64,000 bases of DNA, taken from Thermodesulfobacteriota bacterium (lineage in GTDB: Bacteria; Desulfobacterota_D; UBA1144; Nemesobacterales; UBA2774). The translations under genes and the position numbers were made by a program. The DNA lies in the NCBI GenBank assembly GCA_963422265.1, contig OY729416.1, positions 768,001 through 832,000 on the forward strand, in the 5' to 3' direction. This document shows, in pieces, positions 10,116 through 19,158 of this stretch. The notes beneath the pieces were generated by a model. That model saw nothing but the letters and a program-made list of their open reading frames with translations. It had not been told where the DNA came from and made no database searches. Each line of letters opens with the position of its first letter. Position 1 is the first letter of the stretch.

Positions 10116-10284
10116 AAATGGAACGGACGGGAATGAGTCCTTGAAACAACCCCTCAGCGTCGCTTGGGATACGATTCAAAGCAACGAGACTCATGCCTCA
10201 GACGCACCCGCCCCTAATCGGCATTTCCTTAACAACGGAAATCTAGAAGAGACGTGGATTAACGGAGATCAGAAAAAGATTAGA

Positions 10285-10312
10285 TTGACACGCATCATAA
10301 GGGAAATATAAT
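10285..10312 (+). promoter_or_regulatory. Consensus sigma70 promoter
   Basis: TTGACA-N16-TATAAT, 33 nt upstream of the ATG at 10346 (RBS AGAGGA). Confidence 0.75.
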
Positions 10313-10345
10313 CTTAACTTTACGACTGAATCGGCAGAGGATACG

Positions 10346-11620
10346 ATGGAATATAAGTATGAAAAGGCGGAAAAAGATCTTAGCGCAAAACTTGTCAATT
10401 ACTCAGAGAGTCCTGAAATACAATCCCAGATGGGAGAGGCTTTCTACGTATGGAAAAACGACCCTGATTTCATAAGCGAAGAGATAACAGCAGAAGAGAT
10501 AGATGACGTAACCTTTGAGAAATTTTTTGATTGGTTCATATATGACTTTAAGCTGCTTGACTCACAAGAGAGAATAATAGACAGATACTACAGGGAAGAA
10601 AACGGCAAACTGTCTCCAATTGAGCAAAGAATGCTCAAAGATTGGAAAGAGAACCTATATAGCTTTTTTGAAGTCGAGGACGTATCAGTCGGTCAGGGTT
10701 GCCTGATAAGAGATATATTTACAAACAAGTTAATAGAAGTTTCTGATAAGTCCTCTTCGAAAGGGATAAAACGCTCTGATATAATAGGGGCAAGACCCCT
10801 TATATCTGAAAAACACTCTTATTTCTCAGGCGTCGTATCCGTATATCCCGCCACGTTCAAGGGCTTAATAATCAACTTCTTCAATAACGAATATAAACAA
10901 TACAGGAAGCTGCAAGGCAAGGAAAAAACAAAACGAGACTACTTAAAAGATTTGGGATTTCTAACAGGAAATTACGTAGAAAATATAGTGAGTCAACCCC
11001 GCTTCATCACCCCAGAAGGAGAAGAATTTATTTTAGCGTCGGCAACCTATCAACTAAACGATTATACAAAAGTCTTAAGGAAGATAGAAAGAATTAAATC
11101 ATTAAAAAGAATAGGGAAAGACTCAGATGAATTGAACGTATTTACATGGGAAAAGCGAGGGAAAAACCAAATCGCTGGCACCCTGGAGATTGAAAGCCAA
11201 AGACTACGGGTAGAGTGCCACTCGCTTGAGATGCTTAACAAAGCCAAAGCTAAAATAGAAAAGGATCTAAAAGGCCTCATACGACATTTAGAAGACTTAA
11301 CGAGAGAGTCAAAGGAGTTTATCAATAAAAAGGAAGGAAGGTCAGAAAGGTTAAACAAACTTCCTCTTGGGGCTAAAAGCGAAAACGAGCTAAACCGGAT
11401 TCTTGATGAGCATTATGATAAGTGGATTGATCAACCCCTATCGCTTCTAGGTGGATTGACCCCTAATGAGGCTTTGAAGTCAAATGCTGATAGAGAAAGG
11501 CTAAACTCAATTGTGAATGAGCTTGAAATTATGTATGAACAAGCGAAAAAGCGCGGAGAGCCTTATTACGACGTTCAGAAACTGAGAAAGAGATTAAGAT
11601 TGGAACACGGAACGGATTAG
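10346..11620 (+). CDS. Conserved hypothetical protein with C-terminal Xre/MbcA/ParS (DUF2384)-like domain
   Basis: 424-aa ORF with RBS and promoter. C-terminal W.D.P...LGGLTP.EA...R..L motif; N-terminal F.DWF..D motif of the kind seen in SEC-C-associated proteins, but no SEC-C cysteines. Confidence 0.7.
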   Translation: MEYKYEKAEKDLSAKLVNYSESPEIQSQMGEAFYVWKNDPDFISEEITAEEIDDVTFEKFFDWFIYDFKLLDSQERIIDRYYREENGKLSPIEQRMLKDWKENLYSFFEVEDVSVGQGCLIRDIFTNKLIEVSDKSSSKGIKRSDIIGARPLISEKHSYFSGVVSVYPATFKGLIINFFNNEYKQYRKLQGKEKTKRDYLKDLGFLTGNYVENIVSQPRFITPEGEEFILASATYQLNDYTKVLRKIERIKSLKRIGKDSDELNVFTWEKRGKNQIAGTLEIESQRLRVECHSLEMLNKAKAKIEKDLKGLIRHLEDLTRESKEFINKKEGRSERLNKLPLGAKSENELNRILDEHYDKWIDQPLSLLGGLTPNEALKSNADRERLNSIVNELEIMYEQAKKRGEPYYDVQKLRKRLRLEHGTD

Positions 11621-11625
11621 GAACT

Positions 11626-12120
11626 TTAAGAATACAATTTCTTGTTTCTAGCACCCCCATATAAGAAGCGCACGACTAAAATCATTAACGCCGCCAGGGT
11701 TACCTGAAGAACAATTACGGATACTATTTTAAGGTAAGCAAAGTCTGGACTTACGTAACGTATTAGCCATCCACCTGTAATATCGCCTAGAGCCGAAGTG
11801 AACGATCCCACTATGAGAAGCAGTTTCCAGAAGTCGCCGATTTTGGCAAATAGAACAAGGTGGTTAAGGGTTACTAATAGTATAGCCATGGCGAAAAAGT
11901 GGAAATGAGCTTCCTCCAACATTCCAAGGTAGCTTCTAGGTGGCCTGAAACTCTCCTCTGAGCCTAGATAATACTCTACAACCGATTCATAACTAAAGCC
12001 GATTTGCAGATACAAAAGAAGGTTAGTAAGCCACAGGAAGAAAAAAAACAAAACGGTAAAGGCTATAATTAGCCTTAGTAACGTATTCTTTCTAATGTCA
12101 GAGGAAATAAAAAAACGCAA
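11626..12120 (-). CDS. Four-TM membrane protein with clustered His residues (possible heme/metal-binding)
   Basis: Four hydrophobic segments; EEAHFHFFAMAILLVTLNHL motif; 13 nt from the FMN-binding gene, so likely co-transcribed. Confidence 0.75.
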   Translation of the reverse strand: MRFFISSDIRKNTLLRLIIAFTVLFFFFLWLTNLLLYLQIGFSYESVVEYYLGSEESFRPPRSYLGMLEEAHFHFFAMAILLVTLNHLVLFAKIGDFWKLLLIVGSFTSALGDITGGWLIRYVSPDFAYLKIVSVIVLQVTLAALMILVVRFLYGGARNKKLYS

Positions 12121-12133
12121 ACTGCGCCCCCAC

Positions 12134-12685
12134 TTAATTTAGCTGACCGTTATGGAGAGCCATTCTAACAACGTTCAACACCTTTCTCGTTGATTGTGCA
12201 AACGAGTTTGCCGTTATGGTAGCCCCGGTTATATTAGGCAAATCGTTACCCACCTTCAGGGAATCGCGCGTTCCCCTTTCTTTAAAGAGATCAAGCCAGC
12301 TATTTCCCGCCATATAATCAGTCGGCTCAAAGAATGCCAGTATCTCAACGTGCCTCAACGTAACGTCCGAATCAATAACATACATAACCGTCTCAGTTTT
12401 CGTTCTTAACAAATGGGTATCTATTACGGCGTAACCTAATACTTTCTCTCCTATCGTAGCTTTATAGATGACGTATAGGCTCGAATAGATCCTGGCTTTG
12501 GATAAAACCTCGATCTTCCTAGCCTGCTCTTTTGACAGATAAACGTGTTTTTTCTCTATAACCTCTGCCCCCGGAAAAGCGGTATTGAGCGCCTCTTCCC
12601 TTTTCATAAAGACCTTAGACGCCGAAGGTAAAGTCATAAACAACAATAGTGCTAAAATCGTAAGCGCCGTTAATTTTCTCTTCAT
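12134..12685 (-). CDS. Extracytoplasmic FMN-binding domain protein
   Basis: Signal peptide and C-terminal NITGATIT containing the [S/T]GA[S/T] flavinylation motif; FFEP.DY motif. Confidence 0.85.
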   Translation of the reverse strand: MKRKLTALTILALLLFMTLPSASKVFMKREEALNTAFPGAEVIEKKHVYLSKEQARKIEVLSKARIYSSLYVIYKATIGEKVLGYAVIDTHLLRTKTETVMYVIDSDVTLRHVEILAFFEPTDYMAGNSWLDLFKERGTRDSLKVGNDLPNITGATITANSFAQSTRKVLNVVRMALHNGQLN

Positions 12686-12772
12686 TCATTTACCAAATTA
12701 CTAACATAAAACGACAATTGCACGCATTCTTAAATTTATTTTACTCTATATTCATTCCTTACATAGAAATAA

Positions 12773-12808
12773 TGGTAGGGTATGGAACGTAAACGCCACG
12801 CCCTACCA
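12773..12808 (-). terminator. Intercistronic stem-loop after the porin gene (terminator/attenuator or RNA stabiliser)
   Basis: Minus strand TGGTAGGGCGTGG-loop-CCATACCCTACCA followed by TTATTT. Confidence 0.5.
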
Positions 12809-12829
12809 AATCGCATATTTAACTATGAC

Positions 12830-14257
12830 TTAAAACACATATCCAAGACCGAAATTAAATTGATTAGCTCGGGATTCCTTAGACTCGTGGTCAAGCCACT
12901 GATATTCAGCCTTAACAACGACATTGGGAATAGGTTTATAATTAAGCCCAAACGTTAGATCTCTCCTGTCGTTCGCAGGGTTACGCTTAAAACCAGAAGG
13001 GACCTCTGCTTGCGTATCATACTGCTCCCACCTAACAAATGAAGCCAAGTATTGAGCATATTGGCTCGAAAAACCCGTGGAAGAAAGTAAGTTATAGGCG
13101 CCTAATAGATAGTAACCCGTCTGCTTGCTCCCTACGGATTTGTCCTCTTCAAACTCATTGAGAGCATTGATCTCCGCAGCGTCCTCTAACTTTGTAAACA
13201 CATACATTCCCCTCGCTTCAAACCCCCTATACTGAAGCTGCGCGTCAGCCTCATACATCTGGAAGAAGCCTTTTACCTTTTTACTATCCGTTCCCTCATT
13301 GATTTTTCTATCTTGTCCGGTATTACCAGCGAATATGGATCCGCCGATTGATAAGTAAGGGATAGGCTCATACTCTACTCTCCCAACAAAGGCTATGTCA
13401 TTAAAGCGCGCCCTGTTTCCCTTAACCCTAAGCGATCTATTATCTGCAGCTTTGAATCCTTTGGCGTCAAAGCTGTTCATTGCATAAGCCCTATAGCTGA
13501 TGGATCCTGCGCCTTGTAAATCAAAATCACCGAATATGCCTAAGCCGTTTTCCCTCCAAGTCGTGGGAATAATTTGTCTCTCAATAGAGGGTCTAAACAC
13601 GCCGAAGAAGGTCGTAGGTTCATGCACCTCGTTGGTTAACCCAAAGGGTGCGAGCAAAAGCCCCCCTCTAAGGTTGAATCCTGGTGTTATAAGGAAATCC
13701 AGCAGTGCAAATTCGGCGGAGACGGAACCCTCTTTGCCGTCCTTGTTTGACCCCGTAGTCGCATGTTCAAACTCTAGCTCGGAGTTGAAAACTATCCTAT
13801 CAGTAAATTTATATCCAAAGTAGAGAACCGCCCGCTGCGCGTCAACGACGTCGTCTTTATCCCCTTTTACTACTTTGCCAATAGCCAACTCACCGTAACC
13901 ACCTATAGATAATCCTTTGTCTTTCAAATAGATCTTTGAGGCTGCAGGACCAGCACCGTAAACCTGCTCGTAAGTAGGATCATCAACAATGGAAGCAGAC
14001 TTAATGTTATCTATTTCCTCAGCAAGAACCCTTAATTTATCCTCTATAGAATTTAATCTATCGTCAGGCGTGCCTTTGGACTTGAGATCGTTAAGCTCCT
14101 GCATGACGCTTTCAAGTCTCTTCTCCAATTCTCCTATTCTGCTGTCTCGCTCTTGAGAAAATACGTTTCCAGCAGATAAAAGAAACATGGCTAATAGGAA
14201 AAGACTTAAAACGTATCGCCCTCTGTTAAAGGTGAAAAGGGACAATATATAACTCAT
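12830..14257 (-). CDS. Outer-membrane beta-barrel porin-like protein with N-terminal coiled coil
   Basis: Signal peptide, periplasmic coiled coil (RIGELEKRLESVMQELNDLK), IGGYGE, FNSELEFEH, NEVHEPT.F and IIPTTWRENG motifs, amphipathic strands, C-terminal ...GLGYVF. Confidence 0.85.
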   Translation of the reverse strand: MSYILSLFTFNRGRYVLSLFLLAMFLLSAGNVFSQERDSRIGELEKRLESVMQELNDLKSKGTPDDRLNSIEDKLRVLAEEIDNIKSASIVDDPTYEQVYGAGPAASKIYLKDKGLSIGGYGELAIGKVVKGDKDDVVDAQRAVLYFGYKFTDRIVFNSELEFEHATTGSNKDGKEGSVSAEFALLDFLITPGFNLRGGLLLAPFGLTNEVHEPTTFFGVFRPSIERQIIPTTWRENGLGIFGDFDLQGAGSISYRAYAMNSFDAKGFKAADNRSLRVKGNRARFNDIAFVGRVEYEPIPYLSIGGSIFAGNTGQDRKINEGTDSKKVKGFFQMYEADAQLQYRGFEARGMYVFTKLEDAAEINALNEFEEDKSVGSKQTGYYLLGAYNLLSSTGFSSQYAQYLASFVRWEQYDTQAEVPSGFKRNPANDRRDLTFGLNYKPIPNVVVKAEYQWLDHESKESRANQFNFGLGYVF

Positions 14258-14275
14258 GATACATACCCCCTTAGA

Positions 14276-14345
14276 AATTAATATTGATTTTCAAAACCAA
14301 TTTATATTAACGCAGCATTTTGTCAAGAAAATGATTATCATATTC
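14276..14345 (-). promoter_or_regulatory. Two Fur-box-like operators flanking a sigma70 promoter of the porin operon
   Basis: GAAAATGATTATCATATTC (14327-14345) matches the canonical GATAATGATAATCATTATC at 15/19. Second box reads TTGAAAATCAATATTAATT on minus (14276-14294). Between them, minus-strand TTGACA(14326-14321)-N16-TAAATT. Confidence 0.7.
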
Positions 14346-14688
14346 AATTAAATTTAACGTAGAGATACAACACTAAAGATAGATTTCTCCCCAGGGTCAA
14401 AACGACGGTAGGCAAAGTTGAACACTTACGCTGAATACTGAAATAAACACAGAGCAGTCTTTGTTAAGTACGACGAAGTGGGGGAGGAACTTCTTACGCG
14501 TGATATAGATTAAAGAAGGTATTAAAATACAGTCCCCCAGAGCAGAGTACCCTGTCATTCGCGCGCATAGGAAGAGGGAAAAGAGAACAAACTACCATCT
14601 AACTCGTTTTAGAATCTCTTTTAGAATGAGTATAATTAAACAACCATCAAAGAATCCACCACTATAATACTCATATTGAATAATAACT

Positions 14689-15624
14689 ATGCGCTTTCCT
14701 GAATACTTTATAGACAAAAGAAAAAAACCAGTTATCTCTTTTGAAATATTCCCTCCAAAAACGGAAAAGGGAAAGGAAAGGCTTTATCCGGTTCTCGCCG
14801 AGCTTGCAGAGTTAGGCCCAAGCTACATAACCGTAACTTATGGAGCTATGGGAACTACTCGCGAAATGACCCTTGATATAGCTTTACTAATTAAGAAAAA
14901 CTTCAATATAGAATCGGCTTGCCATCTCACGTGCGTCGGATCATCAAGAAAAGACCTCGACCAACAACTGTGTAGAATATACGATGCGGGAATAAGTAAC
15001 ATAGTAGCCATAAGGGGCGATCCGCCAAAGGGAGAAACCAAATTTGCGCCTCCACATGATGGCTATTCATACGCCTCTGAGCTGGTAAAACACATAAGAG
15101 ACTTTGAACGGCGGCGTACAGGAAGGAAACGCTTAGGGATTGCCGTCGGCGGATACCCTGAAAAACACCCGGAATCGCCTGATTTTCAATCAGACGTTGA
15201 CAACCTGAAGCGAAAAATAGATAACGGCGCCGATATAGTAATAACTCAGCTTTTTTTTGATAACTCACATTACTTCAAATTCGTAAGGAAAGCCCGCTCC
15301 ATCGGTATCACTGCACCTATAATCCCAGGGCTAATGCCAATTCTTTCCGTAAGGCAGATCGAGCGTATTACCTCTATATGCGGTTCAACAATCCCAGTAG
15401 GTCTTAAGCGCAAGCTTGATAAAGCGTCCAATAGCGACGAAGAGACCTGTGAGATAGGTATAGCACAGTGCATAAAACAAACCAAAGAGCTTCTTGCTTA
15501 CGGTGCTCCCGGCGTTCACTTTTACGTGCTTAACAAGTCTCATCAGATGAGAAACATTATAGAAGCCCTCAAGCCTGAACGTTGCAAAGAACAAAATGAC
15601 AGAATTGCGCTCAATAACTTTTAG
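14689..15624 (+). CDS. metF: 5,10-methylenetetrahydrofolate reductase
   Basis: SFEIFPPK, VTYGA, HLTC, IRGDPP, GYPEKHPE, ITQLFFD, PIIPG.MP and HFYVLN motifs. Confidence 0.96.
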   Translation: MRFPEYFIDKRKKPVISFEIFPPKTEKGKERLYPVLAELAELGPSYITVTYGAMGTTREMTLDIALLIKKNFNIESACHLTCVGSSRKDLDQQLCRIYDAGISNIVAIRGDPPKGETKFAPPHDGYSYASELVKHIRDFERRRTGRKRLGIAVGGYPEKHPESPDFQSDVDNLKRKIDNGADIVITQLFFDNSHYFKFVRKARSIGITAPIIPGLMPILSVRQIERITSICGSTIPVGLKRKLDKASNSDEETCEIGIAQCIKQTKELLAYGAPGVHFYVLNKSHQMRNIIEALKPERCKEQNDRIALNNF

Positions 15625-15644
15625 TAGACAAAGGAGCTGACCGT

Positions 15645-16325
15645 TTGCCTGAAACGATAACCCTTTTTGATAAAGTAGCAAAGCGCTACGATTCTCTGAA
15701 CACGTTTCTTAGTCTGGGAATGGATAGGCTCTGGAGAAAACGTCTGGTAAAAGAGATGAAAGACTCATCCCTCATTCTAGATATTGCAACCGGCACTGCC
15801 GAGGTTGCGCTCGAAACTGCCAATAAACTGAACAACTGTTACATCGTCGGGGTTGATCCAAGCAGTGAGATGCTCCTTTTAGCAAAGAAGAAGATAAAGA
15901 CAACAAATGCTTCCTCAAAGATAACCCTAGCTAAGGGGAAGGCCGAAAACTTGCCTTTCAAAAATGATACCTTCGACTCCGTAACCACGGCGTTCGGTAT
16001 AAGAAATACCGTAGATCCGCTACTATCGCTGTTAGAAATGAAAAGGGTCTTAAAAGCTGGAGGCAAACTCGGCGTCCTTGAGTTTGCTACTCCTCAGAAT
16101 AATATATTCGCTCCGTTATACCTTACTTACTTTAAGCACGTGCTTCCCTTAGTAGGATCGGTATTCGGAACTAGAAAAGAATACAAATACCTTTCTGATT
16201 CAACATCTCAGTTTCCTCAAAGAAAGAAATTTATAGAACTAATGGAGGAAGCAGGGTTAGCGCCCGAGAAATCAATTGAACTTACGCTCGGCATCGTAAT
16301 TATCTACATCGGTATCAAACCATAG
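15645..16325 (+). CDS. ubiE: Ubiquinone/menaquinone biosynthesis C-methyltransferase (UbiE/MenG)
   Basis: FDKVAKRYD.LN..LS.G.D..WR, LDIATGT, AFGIRN and YKYLSDS motifs; TTG start with AAGGAG RBS. Confidence 0.92.
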   Translation: MPETITLFDKVAKRYDSLNTFLSLGMDRLWRKRLVKEMKDSSLILDIATGTAEVALETANKLNNCYIVGVDPSSEMLLLAKKKIKTTNASSKITLAKGKAENLPFKNDTFDSVTTAFGIRNTVDPLLSLLEMKRVLKAGGKLGVLEFATPQNNIFAPLYLTYFKHVLPLVGSVFGTRKEYKYLSDSTSQFPQRKKFIELMEEAGLAPEKSIELTLGIVIIYIGIKP

Positions 16326-16347
16326 AACCTAATAAACAAACGATGAT

Positions 16348-16998
16348 CTATGGGGCTAGACGCTCAATAACCCAATTTCCATCTTGTAAAAGCCTATAGC
16401 GTAGCCTGTCATGCAACCTGTTACGCCTACCCTGCCAGAACTCAATCAAACAAGGAATGAGCCTGTATCCACACCAATATGGGGGTCTTGGAACGTCCTT
16501 ATTCTCGTACCCAATTTCTAAACGATTAAAACGTCCCTCAAGTTCCTGACGGCTTTGTATGACGCGGCTCTGCGGAGAAGCCCAGGCACCTATCTGGCTC
16601 CCTTTGGCTCTAGTGGCAAAATAGGAATCCGCTTCCCGATCTGAAACACCCTGAACGTCACCCTCAATTCTTACTTGGCGCTCTAGTTTGTCCCACCAAA
16701 AGCACATTGAGGCTTTGGGATTCAAAGTGAGTTCATATCCCTTTTTACTATCTGCATTCGTATAGAATACAAAACCCCTCTCGTCAAATCCTTTAAGTAG
16801 CAACATTCTGACGGAAGGCATGCCGTCGAGAGCGGAAGTAGCGAGAGCGAAAGCATTCGGATGAACAAATCCCGATTTTTTAGCATCTTCAAACCATAGA
16901 GCAAATTGCTTAAAAGGATCTAGGTCAAGGTCTTCTTCCCTTAAACTGGACAACGTGAACTGCTTATCCCCTAGACTATTATCAATTGATTTGCCCAT
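16348..16998 (-). CDS. pdxH: Pyridoxamine 5'-phosphate oxidase
   Basis: RMLLLK, GFVFYTN..S.K, RQVRIEG, GAWASPQS and EFWQGR.NRLHDR motifs. Confidence 0.96.
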   Translation of the reverse strand: MGKSIDNSLGDKQFTLSSLREEDLDLDPFKQFALWFEDAKKSGFVHPNAFALATSALDGMPSVRMLLLKGFDERGFVFYTNADSKKGYELTLNPKASMCFWWDKLERQVRIEGDVQGVSDREADSYFATRAKGSQIGAWASPQSRVIQSRQELEGRFNRLEIGYENKDVPRPPYWCGYRLIPCLIEFWQGRRNRLHDRLRYRLLQDGNWVIERLAP

Positions 16999-17028
16999 TT
17001 TTTCTCTGACTCACACAAATTATACGAA

Positions 17029-17047
17029 TCCTGAAACTAGCTCAGGA
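17029..17047. repeat. Short REP-like palindrome (CTGAAA-N-TCAGG family)
   Basis: TCCTGAAACTAGCTCAGGA; related copies at 40233 and 60772. Confidence 0.5.
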
Positions 17048-17058
17048 CAGGCGTTGAT

Positions 17059-17952
17059 TCACAACAAATGCCTAAGCGCGCCGGTTAGCTCTGGATAACG
17101 AAACTTGTATCCAGAGTTGAGAAGTTTGCTCGGATAGGCGCGGACGCTGGACAGCATAGCCTCATCCGCCATCTCGCCAAATAAACCCCGGGCAAGAAAA
17201 GAGGGAAGCGGTAATACCGTTGGTCTTGATAAAACCCCTCCTAGCGCTTCTGTAAATTCTCGATTTGTTACCGGATTGGGAGCCACAAGGTTGATTGGAC
17301 CACTCAAAGTTTCGGTTAAAAGACAATGATTGACAACCCCTAAAACATCGTCAATAGAAATCCAACTCCAAAACTGATCTCCATTGCCAACCCTTCCCCC
17401 AACTCCCATCTTAAAAGGCGTCAGCATTTTACTAAGAGCCCCACCATTAGTGCTTAGAACAATTCCAATTCTTAGATTAACTACGCGGATTTGAGCTTCC
17501 TTAGCCACACTAAAAGAATTCTCCCATTTAACGCAAACTTCCGCCATAAAGCCCTTCCCCGGAGAACTCTCTTCAGTCAATACCTCAGCGCCCCTCTCTC
17601 CATAGTACCCAATCGCGGAAGCAGCGATTAATACCTTAGGCCTTCTCCGTAAGTTAGATAATGATTCAGATATTAGTTTTCCGCCAACAACTCGGCTTTT
17701 CTCTATCCGCTCTTTTTTCCCTTTCGTCCATCTACCTAAAATCGTCTCACCAGCGAGATGTAGTAAAGCGTCATATCCCTCAAGCCTGTCAGCGTCTATT
17801 TCTCCCTTATCTGGATTCCAATAAATAGCCTCCTCTTCCACCCTGCCTATCTTTGAACGCACAAGCCGAGTAATCGTATTGTCATTAGCCAACAGATAGG
17901 GGATAAGAGCAGAACCTATGAGCCCGCTAGATCCAGTAATCAATATTCTCAT
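17059..17952 (-). CDS. TIGR01777/YfcH-family NAD-dependent epimerase-like protein
   Basis: MRILITGSSGLIG, ASAIGYYG, RIGIVL...GGAL, WISIDD and APNPVTN motifs. Start placed at ATG 17952; the track uses 17997. Confidence 0.92.
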   Translation of the reverse strand: MRILITGSSGLIGSALIPYLLANDNTITRLVRSKIGRVEEEAIYWNPDKGEIDADRLEGYDALLHLAGETILGRWTKGKKERIEKSRVVGGKLISESLSNLRRRPKVLIAASAIGYYGERGAEVLTEESSPGKGFMAEVCVKWENSFSVAKEAQIRVVNLRIGIVLSTNGGALSKMLTPFKMGVGGRVGNGDQFWSWISIDDVLGVVNHCLLTETLSGPINLVAPNPVTNREFTEALGGVLSRPTVLPLPSFLARGLFGEMADEAMLSSVRAYPSKLLNSGYKFRYPELTGALRHLL

Positions 17953-18029
17953 TTTAGCGCTGCAACAAGCAAACCAAGAGTGATTTAAGGATAGCACATC
18001 TTAACGTCTAGCGCACAAGCCAATAAAAC

Positions 18030-19043
18030 TCAGCCGCCAAAAACTTCTAATATTGCCCTCTGATAGGTTCTAACCTCATCAAAGCCAAGATAATAGTGCG
18101 GAGCGCTCAGAATAGGTAAGTCTATATAATCGAGATATTTATCAATCTTTCTTCTACATTCATCTGCATTGCCAACTACGGCGAAAGCGTCAACCATGTC
18201 ATCGCTCACGCCTTTAATCATAGACCTGACGTCGCCTCTAAAAAAAGCCTCCCGAATTTCCGCTGCTTCCCTTTCAAAACCATGAAGCTTAAAAGGTGGC
18301 TCGTAAGTCCTGACCGTCGCATAGAATGCTACTGTAGCCTTAGCAGCCTCAACCGCAGATCTTCTATCTTCAGAAATAGCGCAGGTAATAATTGACGAGA
18401 TTTGAAAATCCTTTTTACTCCTCCCAGATTTAGCAAGCCCCTTTTTTATATTGTTACCGACAATTTCTTTTATATATCTAAGAGAGCATACTACGTGTCC
18501 TAAATAGCCGTCGGCTACTGCCCCAGCCGCACTCACCATATCGCCCCCAACGCCTGCAAGATACACGGGAATATTCTTTCGAAAAGGCTTAAACACACGG
18601 CGGTAGCCCCTTGTGCTAACATCATAGAACTCACCCTTAAAAGCTACCGGATCAGCTAGATGAGCGCTTTGCATAAGCAAGCGGATAATCTCAATACATT
18701 CCTTAACGCGAGCTACGGGATTTGTAAAGCTCAGTCCATGCCACATTTCATTTGTGCGCTTAGCACCCGTGCCAAGCCCCAGAACGAATCTTCCATCTGA
18801 GATTTCATCAAGATCTAGAGCCGTAAGAGTCGTAATGAGAGGGCTTCTTGCAAAAGCAAGGGCAACGGCGGTCCCGAGTCTTATAGTATGAGTTGACTGC
18901 GCTACGGATGACAGTTGTTGAAAAGAAGTTCTGTAAAGCTCTGTAGCCCAGATAGAATCAAAGTTTGCATCCTCGGCTTCTTGGGCTAGTTTTTTAAGGT
19001 CAGCGATACTTTCCGCGTCTAGTATTAGTCCAACCTTTTTCAT
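18030..19043 (-). CDS. LLM-class (luciferase-like) oxidoreductase, probably F420-dependent subfamily
   Basis: IRLGTAVALAFARSP, DEISDGRFVLGLG, G.FY, PVYLAGVG..M..AG..ADG and AFYAT motifs. Confidence 0.85.
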   Translation of the reverse strand: MKKVGLILDAESIADLKKLAQEAEDANFDSIWATELYRTSFQQLSSVAQSTHTIRLGTAVALAFARSPLITTLTALDLDEISDGRFVLGLGTGAKRTNEMWHGLSFTNPVARVKECIEIIRLLMQSAHLADPVAFKGEFYDVSTRGYRRVFKPFRKNIPVYLAGVGGDMVSAAGAVADGYLGHVVCSLRYIKEIVGNNIKKGLAKSGRSKKDFQISSIITCAISEDRRSAVEAAKATVAFYATVRTYEPPFKLHGFEREAAEIREAFFRGDVRSMIKGVSDDMVDAFAVVGNADECRRKIDKYLDYIDLPILSAPHYYLGFDEVRTYQRAILEVFGG

Positions 19044-19072
19044 ATTCCTTAATATATGCTAAGGTTCAGCTA

Positions 19073-19104
19073 GAAAAAGAAAGGCGACGCAAAGGCCGCC
19101 TTCC
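19073..19104 (-). terminator. Rho-independent terminator of the ribosomal superoperon
   Basis: Minus strand GGAAGGCGGC-ctttgc-GTCGCCTTTC followed by TTTTT, just after rplQ. Confidence 0.75.
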
Positions 19105-19158
19105 CTTAATGAAATTATATTAAGAACCGTCTATTAAATTCAATGATCGGTAGATTCA

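Noticed and set aside
9845-10136. ORFs 9845-10057 and 9918-10136
   Set aside because: They run through palindromic repeat elements, have weak starts and show no protein features.
14350-14688. Possible SAM/SAH riboswitch upstream of metF
   Set aside because: No recognisable SAM-I, SAM-II or SAH conserved motifs by eye; an Rfam scan would be needed to exclude this fully.
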